The notes under the pieces were generated by a model. It was not told the DNA's origin. It made no database searches and saw only the letters and a list, made by a program, of their open reading frames with translations. A stretch of 64,000 nucleotides of DNA, from contig NW_003314422.1 of NCBI RefSeq assembly GCF_000143415.4, forward strand, positions 1-64,000, written 5' to 3'. The translations under genes and the position numbers were made by a program. The DNA comes from Selaginella moellendorffii. Lineage: Eukaryota; Plantae; Lycopodiophyta. The first letter of the stretch is position 1, and the number at the start of each line of letters is the position of its first letter. This document shows, piece after piece, positions 11,646 to 22,697 of the stretch.

Positions 11646-14599
11646 TATTACATCACTCACTCACTCCTAAGGAAGGAGATATTGTCAATCTTCTCTTGGA
11701 AAACCTTAAAGATTATTGCATCATTCTATGGCCTGCCGAATCAAACAAAGATAGATTAAAAACTATAAACAAAAAAATTACAATGGACCTCATATTCGAT
11801 GTGATGGTTTTACACCAAACCTATAAAAAGCTACACTAATCAATGAAATATGTCACTCAGCTCATCTATTGATCTAAACAAAGAAAGGAAAAACAAAATA
11901 TTGATATAATTCTACTTGCTTACATCATTCTTCTTTGCCTTATGTTGTTTGGACAAAAAAAATTAATTGCATCTAAATTCATATCACGGAATCACATAGA
12001 GAAACTGAAAAAAAGGATACAATAAAACCAAAAAAAAAAACAGGTGTCACAATTGTTGGCATCAACATTCCAGCCCTTGAGCTCATGAATAATGAGATCA
12101 ACTTGCTCAAGATCACCATACCTTAAAAATTCTGTGTTGTACCATATGTTAGCTGCATTGTCTCTCATCAAATCTGATAAGAACAAAAAAGAAAAAACAA
12201 AAAGAACTTGTATACCCCATAGCAATGCTATGGTGCCAGTGGTGCATTGGTAGCACTATCACAGTCCACACCAGGGCTGCCATGGCTCAACAATCATGCC
12301 CCCAAGACCACACCATTGAGCATGTGGCACTAGCCAAGCAGGATTTAGTAAATAAGCCTAGGACTTTCACTAGAGAAAAAAGATTAAAGTTGTAGTATAA
12401 GTGCTAATGCCATGGCCGAGTAGAGAAGAAATCTTATGTCACCACTATACCCCATGGTACTGAGCAAAGAAAAAGTGCCATGGTGTTGGCCAAAGCCATG
12501 GCTGGCTTTTCGCTGCCAAATGCTGTACCAAACAATAATGTTCTAGCAAGAACATAGAGTTTTGGAAAGCTGGAAATTTTGTTTCTTATTTATTTTTTTA
12601 ATAGCTATCATACACCCAAAATTCCTGCATTTAAATGCAAAGAGCCAAAAGAGGGCTCTTGGTGGTATTTTAAAAAACAATTATTAGTGTCCCTCCCATT
12701 TTACTGTTAGCATAAGGCTAAGTAAAGCAGGTTGTCAGCTTATTAGTAATTTAATTGAACTTATATTAGCCATCTAATTCAAAGATGCTTTATTACTATT
12801 ATTACATGTTTTAGATCATTGTTCATGTTTGAATAATGGTAGATTACTATCAATCATAATGATAATGAACTAAGTATTAACCTATTATATTTTAAATCCT
12901 ATTGTGCAGCATAGAATTGAACCCCAACACCTCAAAGAGAAGAGCCTTGTCTCTAACCAACAAATAGTATTATAGTAGATGTTATAGTGTAAAGAATATA
13001 CCTGAAATATCCAAAAATATTCAAGTATATTGTAAGATATTCTTCTTAAATTTAAATTTTTAAATTTCAGAGATTTCACCAAGTCCATGTAGAGATGCTT
13101 CTATTATTAAGTCTGAGAGCCTCTAAACATAGTCATTTGTACATGAATTCGTTGAGTAGACTATATACCTAGAATATGCTTAGGTATTTTAGTATAATTT
13201 ATCAACATAAAAATTAAATATTTTTTAGTGATGAAAAAAAATTGGAAGGCAAAATCATGATTGAGTAGGGTAGAGAAAATGCATTAGAGATGCACATAAG
13301 AATGAAGAACTCCAGGCACATGAGCATGAGATGAGGCAAAAAGAAGAAAATGGAGAGCATATCCTGAATGTGCTCACTGAGCCAAAAAAAGATTTGATTC
13401 CAACACTTAGATTTCTTCTTCTTTTAAAACCTGCTTGAAATTATTCTTCTATTTGTTTATTATGTCTGAAAGATTGGTGGAGCAATAAAAATAAGAATAT
13501 GGACTTTCATCCAGAAGCATTTAAGAACCTTCACATGTAGCATGTGGCCCTTGGACTTGACTATGTCTAAGTAAACATTTAATTAATGTAAGCAGCTTGT
13601 TTAAATTGGTGTTCTCTAGTTTATTTCAAGCTGATTAGTTTGTCTGTCTACAACAACAAGATGAAGGCTATGTTAGTTGTGATAATTCTTGGCTACTACA
13701 GAACTCTTATTCTCCCAATGAATCTTGTGATCAGCAGGACAGAGTCTGCACTGGTAAGATGTATAGGAAGCTTAGTGCTCACAACTGTAAAACAAAGGTG
13801 GGAAACATGATGGATATCTAGGCGATTGCCTGAGAATCAACCAAGCAATGGGACTTGAGGGTGGATGTTGCTACTTGAGCTGAATCACTTAAGAGACATT
13901 GACATATCATGATGCAAGAAATTTGAGATTACAAAATGCTAGTAGTTTTTCATCACAGGAACTTCTTAAGATTTTTACGCCATCACTAATAAAACATTCT
14001 ATTAATTGGACTTGCTAACTTTTGGGACACAAAACACGAGCCAGGTACCTTCGATTGGCCATCGCCAAGTTTGCAATGCGGGCGAGCTGCGTGATCTCAG
14101 TGTGAGCACTTTCTTAGCTTGTTGGTCATCAGACCTTACGATCTGGAAGAAAGAAAACCAATGGTCACTACCTGGATAGAAAAAAAAAGAGAGGAAACTT
14201 ACCTTTGAGAATCCTCAGTAGCTTCTGCCTCTTTCTTCTCTCCGATTCGCTCTCACTGCTGCTATAGTCGTGGCGTTTGCTCCTTTTTCTTCGTCCTTCC
14301 TCGCTTCTTCTTCTATTATCATCGTCTCTTACTTTCTTCCCATCCTTTTCGTATTGCTGTGATGCCTCTTTTCTCCTGTTTTCCTCCGTACCGCTGTTGC
14401 TGATTACACTTCTCTTTCTTCCGCCGGGATTCCTCGTCGTAATCTGCCCGAGTCGATCCAAGATTAGGATTCTTTGCAAATCTAGGGTTCTTTGCAAAAA
14501 TGTAGCATGAAAATCCATGCCGATCGTCAGGCAGCGGCGCTTCGAAGTCCATCAAGATCTACGAGAATCTCCGCCGGGATGGCCTCCAGCCAAGCATTT

Positions 14600-15150
14600 C
14601 CATCGTTCTCAAGGTATGCATCGGCACGAAATATCTCGCAACAGGGACAAGAATCCACAGCGATCTGACCGATCGCTGGAGCAGCAGCATCTACGTCGCC
14701 AACAATCTCATCTCCATGTACGCTCCATGCGGTAGCATGGCCGACGCGACCTCGTCTTCCAATCAATGCAGCAGCGAGCTCTGGTCGATCTGGTCTCGTG
14801 GAATGCCATGATCCAGGGCTACTCCGAGAATGGGGACTTTGAATCGGCCTTGCGGTGGTTTCTCAGGTGAAAGACGAGGGATTCCAGTCCCATTGTCGGT
14901 CTTTCGTGGCTGCCCTCAAGCGATCGAGAAGGAAGAAAGAATCGAAAGGAAAGAAGATCGAACAAGAGCTAAGGTCCCGGAGATTCACAGGGACGTTTCT
15001 TCTTCTTCTTCCAGGGATAGGATGGATACTTTCGTGGCAAACACACTGATAGAGGTCTATGGAAACTGTGGAAGCTTGGAGGAGGCAGTGGTGGTTTTCG
15101 AGAGCATGGATGGAGTGGATTTGGTTTCGTGGACTTCGATCATCGTCCAG
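14600..15150 (+). pseudogene. Degenerate PLS-class PPR fragment (copy 1)
   Basis: Frameshifted pieces IYVANNLISMYAPCGSMADA, DLVSWNAMIQGYSENG, RSFVAALK and DTFVANTLIEVYGNCGSLEEAVVVFESMDGVDLVSWTSII. Confidence 0.8.
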
Positions 15151-15533
15151 ATTGTACTTCCGGATCTTCTAGAGATCACACATCTTTTTCTCGTATTTTT
15201 TTCGACAATGAGCCTGTTGCTCTCTTGGGCTTCGCGCGGCTCGAGCTTAGCTCCACAAGGTGGCGCTCCTAGCGGCTTGGAGGAAAGCTCCGTCCAACCA
15301 GAAAGACGAGAACAAGAATTCCAGGATCGCGAGTTTATGCGAGATCCCGCGCGTGAGATGGAAGAATGAGGTCAAACATTCGATAATTAGACAATAAATG
15401 GTATTAAACTGCAAGTCCTAGGACGAAAACAAAGATCACAGCAGCTCCAAACTTTAAGAGGAGTCCAAACTGTGCACTTATTCACCCGGAAAACATAGAT
15501 TAGAAGTAAAACTCACCATGGTTAGAGGGCTAC

Positions 15534-16662
15534 TTAGAGAGCAAAACCTGCCGTTCCGTTGTTACTGGTCCCGTTGATCCCCAGAATAGTTGTAATCACG
15601 TTATACACCTCCACGTTAACGCAAGACGGCACCTTCTTTCCTTTGGCAAATTGCGGCCCATGCCCGATGAAAATCGTCCGCATTGAACCCAAAAGATTGT
15701 CATAGCCGTGATCGCTTCCTTTGGAATTTCGATCCAGGGTTCCAAGGAGATGAGCTTCTTCTCGCATGTTCCAACCATACCGTGGTCGCCAACCACAATG
15801 ATCGTCACCTCTTCCAGAATTTTACGTTTCTCCAGGCCTTCCAGCAGCTTTCCTATCATCGAATCCACCCTGGTGATGGCAGCGCTGATCTGAGGTGCGT
15901 CCGCTCCTTCTCGGTGGCCTTGTTTATCCGGTTCTTCAAAGTAGAGTCCTATGAAACTTGGAACCACACTACGATCAAGGTATCCCAGAACAGCGTCCAC
16001 TCTGTCCTCGAATGGAACCAACTCATTGTAGCTTGGACAAATCTCGACGGGATGACAAGGCTACGACTCTCTCACCACCTGTGCTCCCGGCCAAAAGTAG
16101 ACAGCCGCATGTAGTCCGTTTTTCACCACTGTTTCCCATATCGGCTCGCCAATCCACTATTTCGCGGTGATATTGACCGTGGTGAACTTCTCGTTGGCAG
16201 GGTCACGAAAGCGATTGGCAATGATTCCATGCCAAGCGGGATATAGACCTGTAAGAACAGCCAAAGTCTAAGTCTAAGATACTTCTACAAAGAGAAACTC
16301 TCTCATGGGCTTACCTGTAACTATGGAATAGTGGTTCGGGAAGGTGGTGCTGGGATACACTGGAATCATGCCAGGGAAAGCTTCCGTCCCGTTGGAAATG
16401 AGGCGATCGATGTTTGGAGTCGCAACTTTCCACTGGTATCCCCATCGAAATCCATCCAAGGAGATCAATATCACCACCGGCTTGTCGAGAACCGATCTAT
16501 GCTGCGTGGAGAGAACGAGCACGAATGCTAGCACCCAGAGCAGCCCATGACACCAATCGATCCAGCGGTGAAGCAAATTATGCCTGCAAATCTTGATCCG
16601 AGAGCTTGCAGCTGGAAATCTGGAGCTACCAGCTTTGTCAGAATGCGCTCCTCCACCTCCAT
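15534..16662 (-). pseudogene. Ectonucleotide pyrophosphatase/phosphodiesterase (type I phosphodiesterase) pseudogene
   Basis: Motifs VILISLDGFRWGY, PSTTFPNHYSIVTG|LYPAWHGII, YFEEPDKQGH, VGDHGM and HGYDN. Lesions: in-frame TAG at 16157-16159 and 16061-16063 (Trp positions), a frameshift in the N-terminal anchor, and an internal deletion/frameshift near 15715. Confidence 0.9.
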
Positions 16663-16848
16663 GGTTGCTGCTCCTCCGCCCTTGCTCTTACCGTCCAATT
16701 GGAGCCTTCCATTGGTTGTGACTTGCTGAAGCTCAAAAAAGATATCTTCGGGATATACAATGTGGAAGGTTTTTATGGTTTATACCACCTTGGATAGATA
16801 TAGAATGTGGAGGGTCTCCTACAATATGGGCCTCCACCATGTATATTA

Positions 16849-16948
16849 NNNNNNNNNNNNNNNNNNNNNNNNNNNNNNNNNNNNNNNNNNNNNNNNNNNN
16901 NNNNNNNNNNNNNNNNNNNNNNNNNNNNNNNNNNNNNNNNNNNNNNNN
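16849..16948. other. Assembly gap (100 N)
   Basis: Run of n. Confidence 1.
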
Positions 16949-16989
16949 GATGATGTTTAAGCCCCCACCAAAACCCCTAGGAATCATCT

Positions 16990-18730
16990 CATGGCAAAGA
17001 AGAAACCATAGAGAGGAAAGAAAATCAAACAAGAGTGCTCTTGGAGAAGATCCAGTGAGATCCACATGGATGTTTCTTCTTCCATATTCCTATGAAAGTT
17101 GTGGAAGTTTGGAGGAGGAAGTGGTGGTTTTCAAGAGCATGGATGGAATGGACTTGGTTTCATGGAATTTGATCATCGTTCAGTGCATGGAAAATGGTAA
17201 ATCCAGGAGAGGGCTTGATGGTGAATCTGCAATGGGATGTGGAGCCAGTTAGGGAACGAGTCAGCCTAGGAACCTGGACATGGGCGTTTACAGCCCCAAG
17301 ACCAGCTTGGGAGGATGGTGATGTGAAGGTGTGGTTTGTAGTGTCCCTTGAATAGAATGTTGGTTGTCTTTTTTGGGTATCTAGAGGCAACATGTTAGTG
17401 CCAATAGGAGACAAATAGGTCATGCTGATGGTGACAGATAACAAAGTCAAATGCAGAATTTAAGTGGTACATCAGGCCCCGAAGCATTTGGTGGTGGTTC
17501 AATCATAGAGGGAAATGGCATTCTCAAATGGTGGCAATAGCAACTTATTGAAGATTTGGATTAAGACCTAGTAGCATGGAAGCAAGGAGTGAGGAGCTCC
17601 TTTTCGAGCACGAGATGGTCCCTTGACCAACAGGGAGGAGGCCCGAGGGGAGATCCCCAAGCTTTGGAAGAAATGGATCGAACAAGGAGTCAAGGCAGAC
17701 CAAATGGTGAACAACACATTTGCATTCTGGAAACTACCAGTACAGGAGAAAATCAAGGCCACCTTTTGGTTGGTGGCAAATAACAGGTTATCAGTGGGAC
17801 AATAATTCTAGGAGGAAGCATGCCAACAATACAAAGAATGTGGCGAACTAAAGACAGCATAACATGCACTATGGAAATGTGATGTGGCGAGAGAGGTATG
17901 GTGATAGATTCTTAAGGTGATGTAGAAAAGAAATATCCCAAAGTTCAAGGTTCAGAGTGGAGACATTCTCCACTAGTTTGAGGGAGCTAGAGGTCCAACC
18001 ATTGGCCCAGATTGGAGATGTATTTAGTGTCAAGGATGACACGGATGGAACATGCAAGTCTAGTGGGACATGATAGGGGTTGAAGTCAGGATGTCAGTTT
18101 GGGAGGTGATGGGTTATAAGCATTGGTCTATCTTGAGAGTGACAGGTGTGCAAGCACTTTAGGAGGCACAAAATCATTGTCACTTTGATGGGAAGCAAGT
18201 GAGTATATCTACAATGGTGGCTTCATGGTAGAGACTCACTCTTGCAGCAATGCATCTTCATTACACCATCTTGAAAGAGTAGGTGAAATTGAAGAAGCTA
18301 GAGGAGTGGAGGTCTAGGTGGCTCCTGTGTTTCAATAGAATAGTAGGTGGCAAGATTCACTAGCAATGGTGCTCCCTAGACTCTGTTCTACATTTGGCTG
18401 AAGGGGGAGATTTGGACATTGATATGATTTGAAGGAGATGACCACGTCCATTTGTATTCAAGGACTAGGTTCAATTGCGACACAAGAGTAGCTCATTGAG
18501 AGGGTGGTACACCCAATTTTTGTATTAGTCCCATTGGGATATAAGGAATGCATATACATATTTATTAAGGATGGTGATGAAGAGTGGATTTGTTCCAGAT
18601 GGTCAGACCTTGGTTGCTGCTCTCAAAGCTTGCGAAGGTGTTTTAGAGGAAGAGGAGAAGTAGGGTGATTGGAAAGATATCATCTGGCTGCTTGGAAAGA
18701 ATTAGAGAAGAAAGATTTATGACATCTAGC
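16990..18730 (+). pseudogene. Degenerate PLS PPR fragment (copy 2), split by a LINE insertion
   Basis: YESCGSLEEEVVVFKSMDGMDLVSWNLIIVQCMENG (17090-17200) resumes as MVMKSGFVPDGQTLVAALKAC at 18571; paralogous to 14900-15150. Confidence 0.75.
17225..18569 (+). mobile_element. 5'-truncated L1-type LINE remnant with 8-bp TSD GATGGTGA
   Basis: zf-RVT-like EKIKATFWLVANNRLSVG...CQQYKECGELKTA*HALWKCDVAREVW. GATGGTGA at 17217-17224 and 18570-18577; AT-rich 3' end. Confidence 0.75.
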
Positions 18731-21035
18731 AACACATACTCTGTTTATAATATAGATAAGCTCATGCTACTCTTTATTTGACTAAACTCAAAACTAATCC
18801 AACACTAAACTACTCAAAGAGCAATAGTAAATTTCCCTAGAAAAGAATTGAGTAATATAACTCAAGCCTTTCAATAGCAAGTGTAAACAAAAATAATTTA
18901 GGACTTCGCCATTATCCACTCCATGGCACACAATTCGTAAAACCATCATAACTAATATGCATCAAAGTAGAAACTTTTGATAGCATGATGTGAATACAAG
19001 CAATGAGATCATACTTCATTGTAAATCATTTCTTGAAAATGAAAAGATAATTTATATATTTGATCCTTCATCCATAATGACTCTCTTTTCGGACTCAACT
19101 TAACTAAACCATAAGCTTGCATTCAAACTACTTTTAGTCCAATTTTAGAAAAGTCTATAACAGAGCATGGCAATGACTACTTGAACCAATAGACTAATCT
19201 TTATATTTTTTATTAATCCATTCATAATCATGCTTAGAAAGGATCTACTAGTATTGTGCTAAATAGCTACCGAGCAGCCCATTTGCCACTCATAGCAAAC
19301 CTATAGGAAGTGTACTTTTTACCTACGGTAACATAGTAACAACTCATGGTAACTATCAATTGGCTAACATTAATCTTACTAACTCAAAGTGTAACCTTAA
19401 GTTGCTAATGTGTCTCATTCATGAGCTTAAGCATAAACTCGTGCAAACAATACATTTTTATCCATCTAATGAGCTTAATAATTTGGTGCAAAATAATAAC
19501 TAAAATCCATACCCAATGGACATATGTGAAGCCATACCAACCAAATGTATTCCACTCAAATCATCATTTTCATCTTTGCGTATGCAATGAGACGAGTTGC
19601 CTAATGGCATTTTATCACAAAGAATCTGTCCAAGTTCAAAAGCTCCAAGAAGATTGCAGTGCTTTTGAGCTTTCTATAGAGCTTGTGCAAGTTGCAGCAA
19701 GATGACTCCAAAATGCTAAACTTTAATCTTTGTTTGACACAAGTTTTGCAAATGGTAGAGGCTCTTGCGATTTTCAAGTATTCTGTGCAAAGTCTTAACA
19801 TGCTGGTAAGTTTTATAAGAGCTTCACCATAATTAAACTTTATAAACCATAGCACATAGTACCTCAAGGAAATAGAGTGTGCAAAAAGAAGGTTGAAGAA
19901 GATGAGTAAAGAGTGAGTGTGAGGGAGAGGCAAACTAGATTAAGGTTCTATGCTCCTCAGTGGGCACAAGTGTCTATCTTCCTAGTAGCCACCTCAGTTA
20001 GCATCACAAAATCCATGTAACTGAAAGCTAGCATCTAGGACAAAGGAGTAAGTAAAGGCAAAGGACCAAGTCCCTTGAAGATAATAAAAAAATCACTTGA
20101 TTGCCTACTAACATGCCATGCCTAGATTCTCAGAAAACTTAGCAATAATGCCATTGTATATGCTAGATTTGGACAAGTACAAACTAATAAATAAATGAGA
20201 CTACCCACAACAGCTCAATAAGGAAAATGTTGTATGGCTTTGTGATTTGCTAGAGCTTTTGGGGACTAATCAAAGGAGAGATTAGGGTTAATCTCTAACA
20301 TGGACCACTAGAACATTCTGAGAATATTCTATAGCCTGTGGGAGGTTGGACTAGGGTTGTATTAGAGACAAGTTTGGTATTAATGATTTGCTTGATCATC
20401 CTTGTGTTGCTTGATATTTTATTAATTTGAGGCAAAGGTATCATTAGATTTGTGTCAAGCCAAAGGCTATTCCAAAGATAGCATTCCAAACAAGGATGAG
20501 TTACTATAAGTTTTTGGTGATGCCATTTGATTTGACAAATGCTCTTACAACTTTTCAAAGGTTGAAGAAATAATTTTTACATTTGAGGAAGTTTGTGATT
20601 GATTACTTTGATGATATCTTAGTGTCCAACTCTACTGTGGAAAAACATGAGATTTTTGCAACAATTAAGGGACACTAAGGTCTACTTGAAGTTGTCTAAG
20701 TGCAATGTTTTTTAAAAAGGAGATTGAATATCTTGGATATTTAATTTCGGTGCATGGTATAAGAGTTGATCCCACAGTTTGTTAAGATCCGGTAAAAACA
20801 TGGAAGTGACAATAAGGTGGCTAATGCATTATCCAAGATGATGAATTCTATCTCATTTGTAAAACTATCCTATAATCTCTTGAAGTTTACTAATTTCAAC
20901 TCTTTTATCAATGATATTCATATGGAGGTTTTGTCGAGGGACACCTTTACAAATTTGAAGGGTGATAAGTTTATATTATTCGATATACAAGATGGAATTT
21001 TAGTGAAGAAGGGATGTGTGGTGGTTCCTGAAAAA

Positions 21036-21347
21036 TGAGCCATCTTCATAAAATGGTCCATCATTTCTTTAAAAGGTCTTAGGTAAATTAGTGATAAAAT
21101 CTATCAAGATGTTATCCCATTCATTTTTACGTACACATAAAGTATGATAGAGCCTAGAGAGCTTTTGATGATCAACTTTGATAGCTTGGCAGGTTAAATA
21201 ACCATATATGTAGTTCTCAACATTTGACTTCATCCTAAGCCAAAAGAAATGTGTCTTTACCAACACATATATCCTTAGTACCCTTGGATGCTTAACATTT
21301 GGCACATCATAACACTCAATCAAAATTCGTTTAATGAGTTTATCTTT
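21036..21347 (-). mobile_element. Inverted integrase zinc-binding (H2C2) segment of the outer Gypsy element
   Basis: Minus-strand KDKLIKRILIECYDVPNVKHP...FFWLRMKSNVENYIYGYLTCQAIK...WDNILIDFITNLPKT...KMAH lies between the plus-strand pieces KGCVVVPEK and KMTIK...LYGLP. Confidence 0.8.
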
Positions 21348-21830
21348 TGTTCGATTGCCATGGCTACCAATAGCGGCTGCTACTAACGCCTGCATGCCAA
21401 GATAAGAACTTGAATAGAAAACATACTCCTTTATGGCCAGCTATCCTTCCCCATACATCCCAAGTTCCCGAGAGGAGGTCACCATAAAATGTATAATGTT
21501 TCGTATCAGCTTGCGTCCAAGAAGTATACCCGAGCTACATAAATTGTCGGTAAGATATGAAGAACTAAGAACAAGGAAAGAAACTTACAGCAATCGAAGG
21601 AGTTCCAAGAACAATGACGTGCGTGAAGGACAACCGAGCTGGGTGGCTTGATGAAAGCTCTCGACTTGGCTCGTAATAGAGGGTTTTAAGGTCACTCTTC
21701 TGATACAAATCAAGCCCTACTGTATATGTGGTGAGGAGTGTCACTTACCAAACCAAATCTGTTGCACAGGAGCTGAAACTAGTGTGGCCCCAATGGCTTG
21801 GTGATGGGTGCTGCAGTCGACCAGCCCACA
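21348..21830. mobile_element. Putative solo LTR (TG...CA, 483 bp) at the inversion breakpoint
   Basis: Non-pol sequence starting TGTTCG and ending CCCACA inside the integrase; no TSD seen. Confidence 0.35.
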
Positions 21831-22212
21831 ATGAAGATGACAATTAAAACTTCTAAACTTTCTTAAGTGTTTGTAGACCAGTTATTTAATCTTTATGGTT
21901 TGCCAAGTGACAATGTGAGTGATTGAAATCCCAAATTCACATCCAAGTTTTGGCAAATGGTTTTTAAGAAAGTAGAGACTAAGCTAGGCATAAGTAGTGG
22001 TGAGTATCCACAATTAGATGGGCAAGAAAAACACATGAATTAGCTCTTAAAAGATGTATTAAAGTCTTTCATAGAAAACTTGACTTAACAAAGAGTATGA
22101 GAAAAGTATTTACCTTTGCTCCAGTTTGTGCTCAACAATCAACTATTGACATGTCTTTATTCATGGCAATAAATGGATATAAGCCCAAATCTCCTGTAAG
22201 TTTGAGTTTAAT

Positions 22213-22669
22213 TGTCAAGGTCCAAAGCCAGCTCAAGAATAAGACTTGGTCAAAGTCAGGAGTTTTTCTTTCTTTTTTCGGTCATAGTGGGGGAATAAGG
22301 GAATATTCTGCTAGAAATAGGATGCATCCCTTAGTGCCAGAGGTTGATGAGAGGTGGACAGCCAATTTCTGGGCATAGCATGTATGTAGAAGTGAATAGA
22401 GTTAAATAAAAGAGAAGGTTCTTGGAAGGATGCCTCATCCAACAGATTTAGAGTGTGTGGAGTGGAGGTTGGCAATGCAGCGGTGACTACAGTTATTTAA
22501 GGAGTGCACCACAGCAAGAATTGCTTGAGATCAACCAATCTATGTGAGTTGTCAGACCTGTGGGCAACCCTAGGTTAGGATGTTGGCAGAGGTTTTAGCA
22601 AAGGTCGCCAACGAGGCTAGGGACGAGGCTAGGCAGCAGTGATTCTCCGTGTCGTCGCGAGGAGTGACA
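22213..22669 (+). repeat. 5' LTR of inner Gypsy
   Basis: TG...CA, homologous to 29591-30058. Confidence 0.95.
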
Positions 22670-22674
22670 TCTTT

Positions 22675-22697
22675 TGGTGCACTACCTGGGAATTGAA
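22675..22697 (+). other. Primer-binding site complementary to tRNA-Gly(GCC) 3' end
   Basis: TGGTGCACTACCTGGGAATTGAA versus the expected TGGTGCACCAGCCGGGAATCGAA (19/23; three of four mismatches are C>T). It lies 5 nt after the LTR. Confidence 0.75.
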
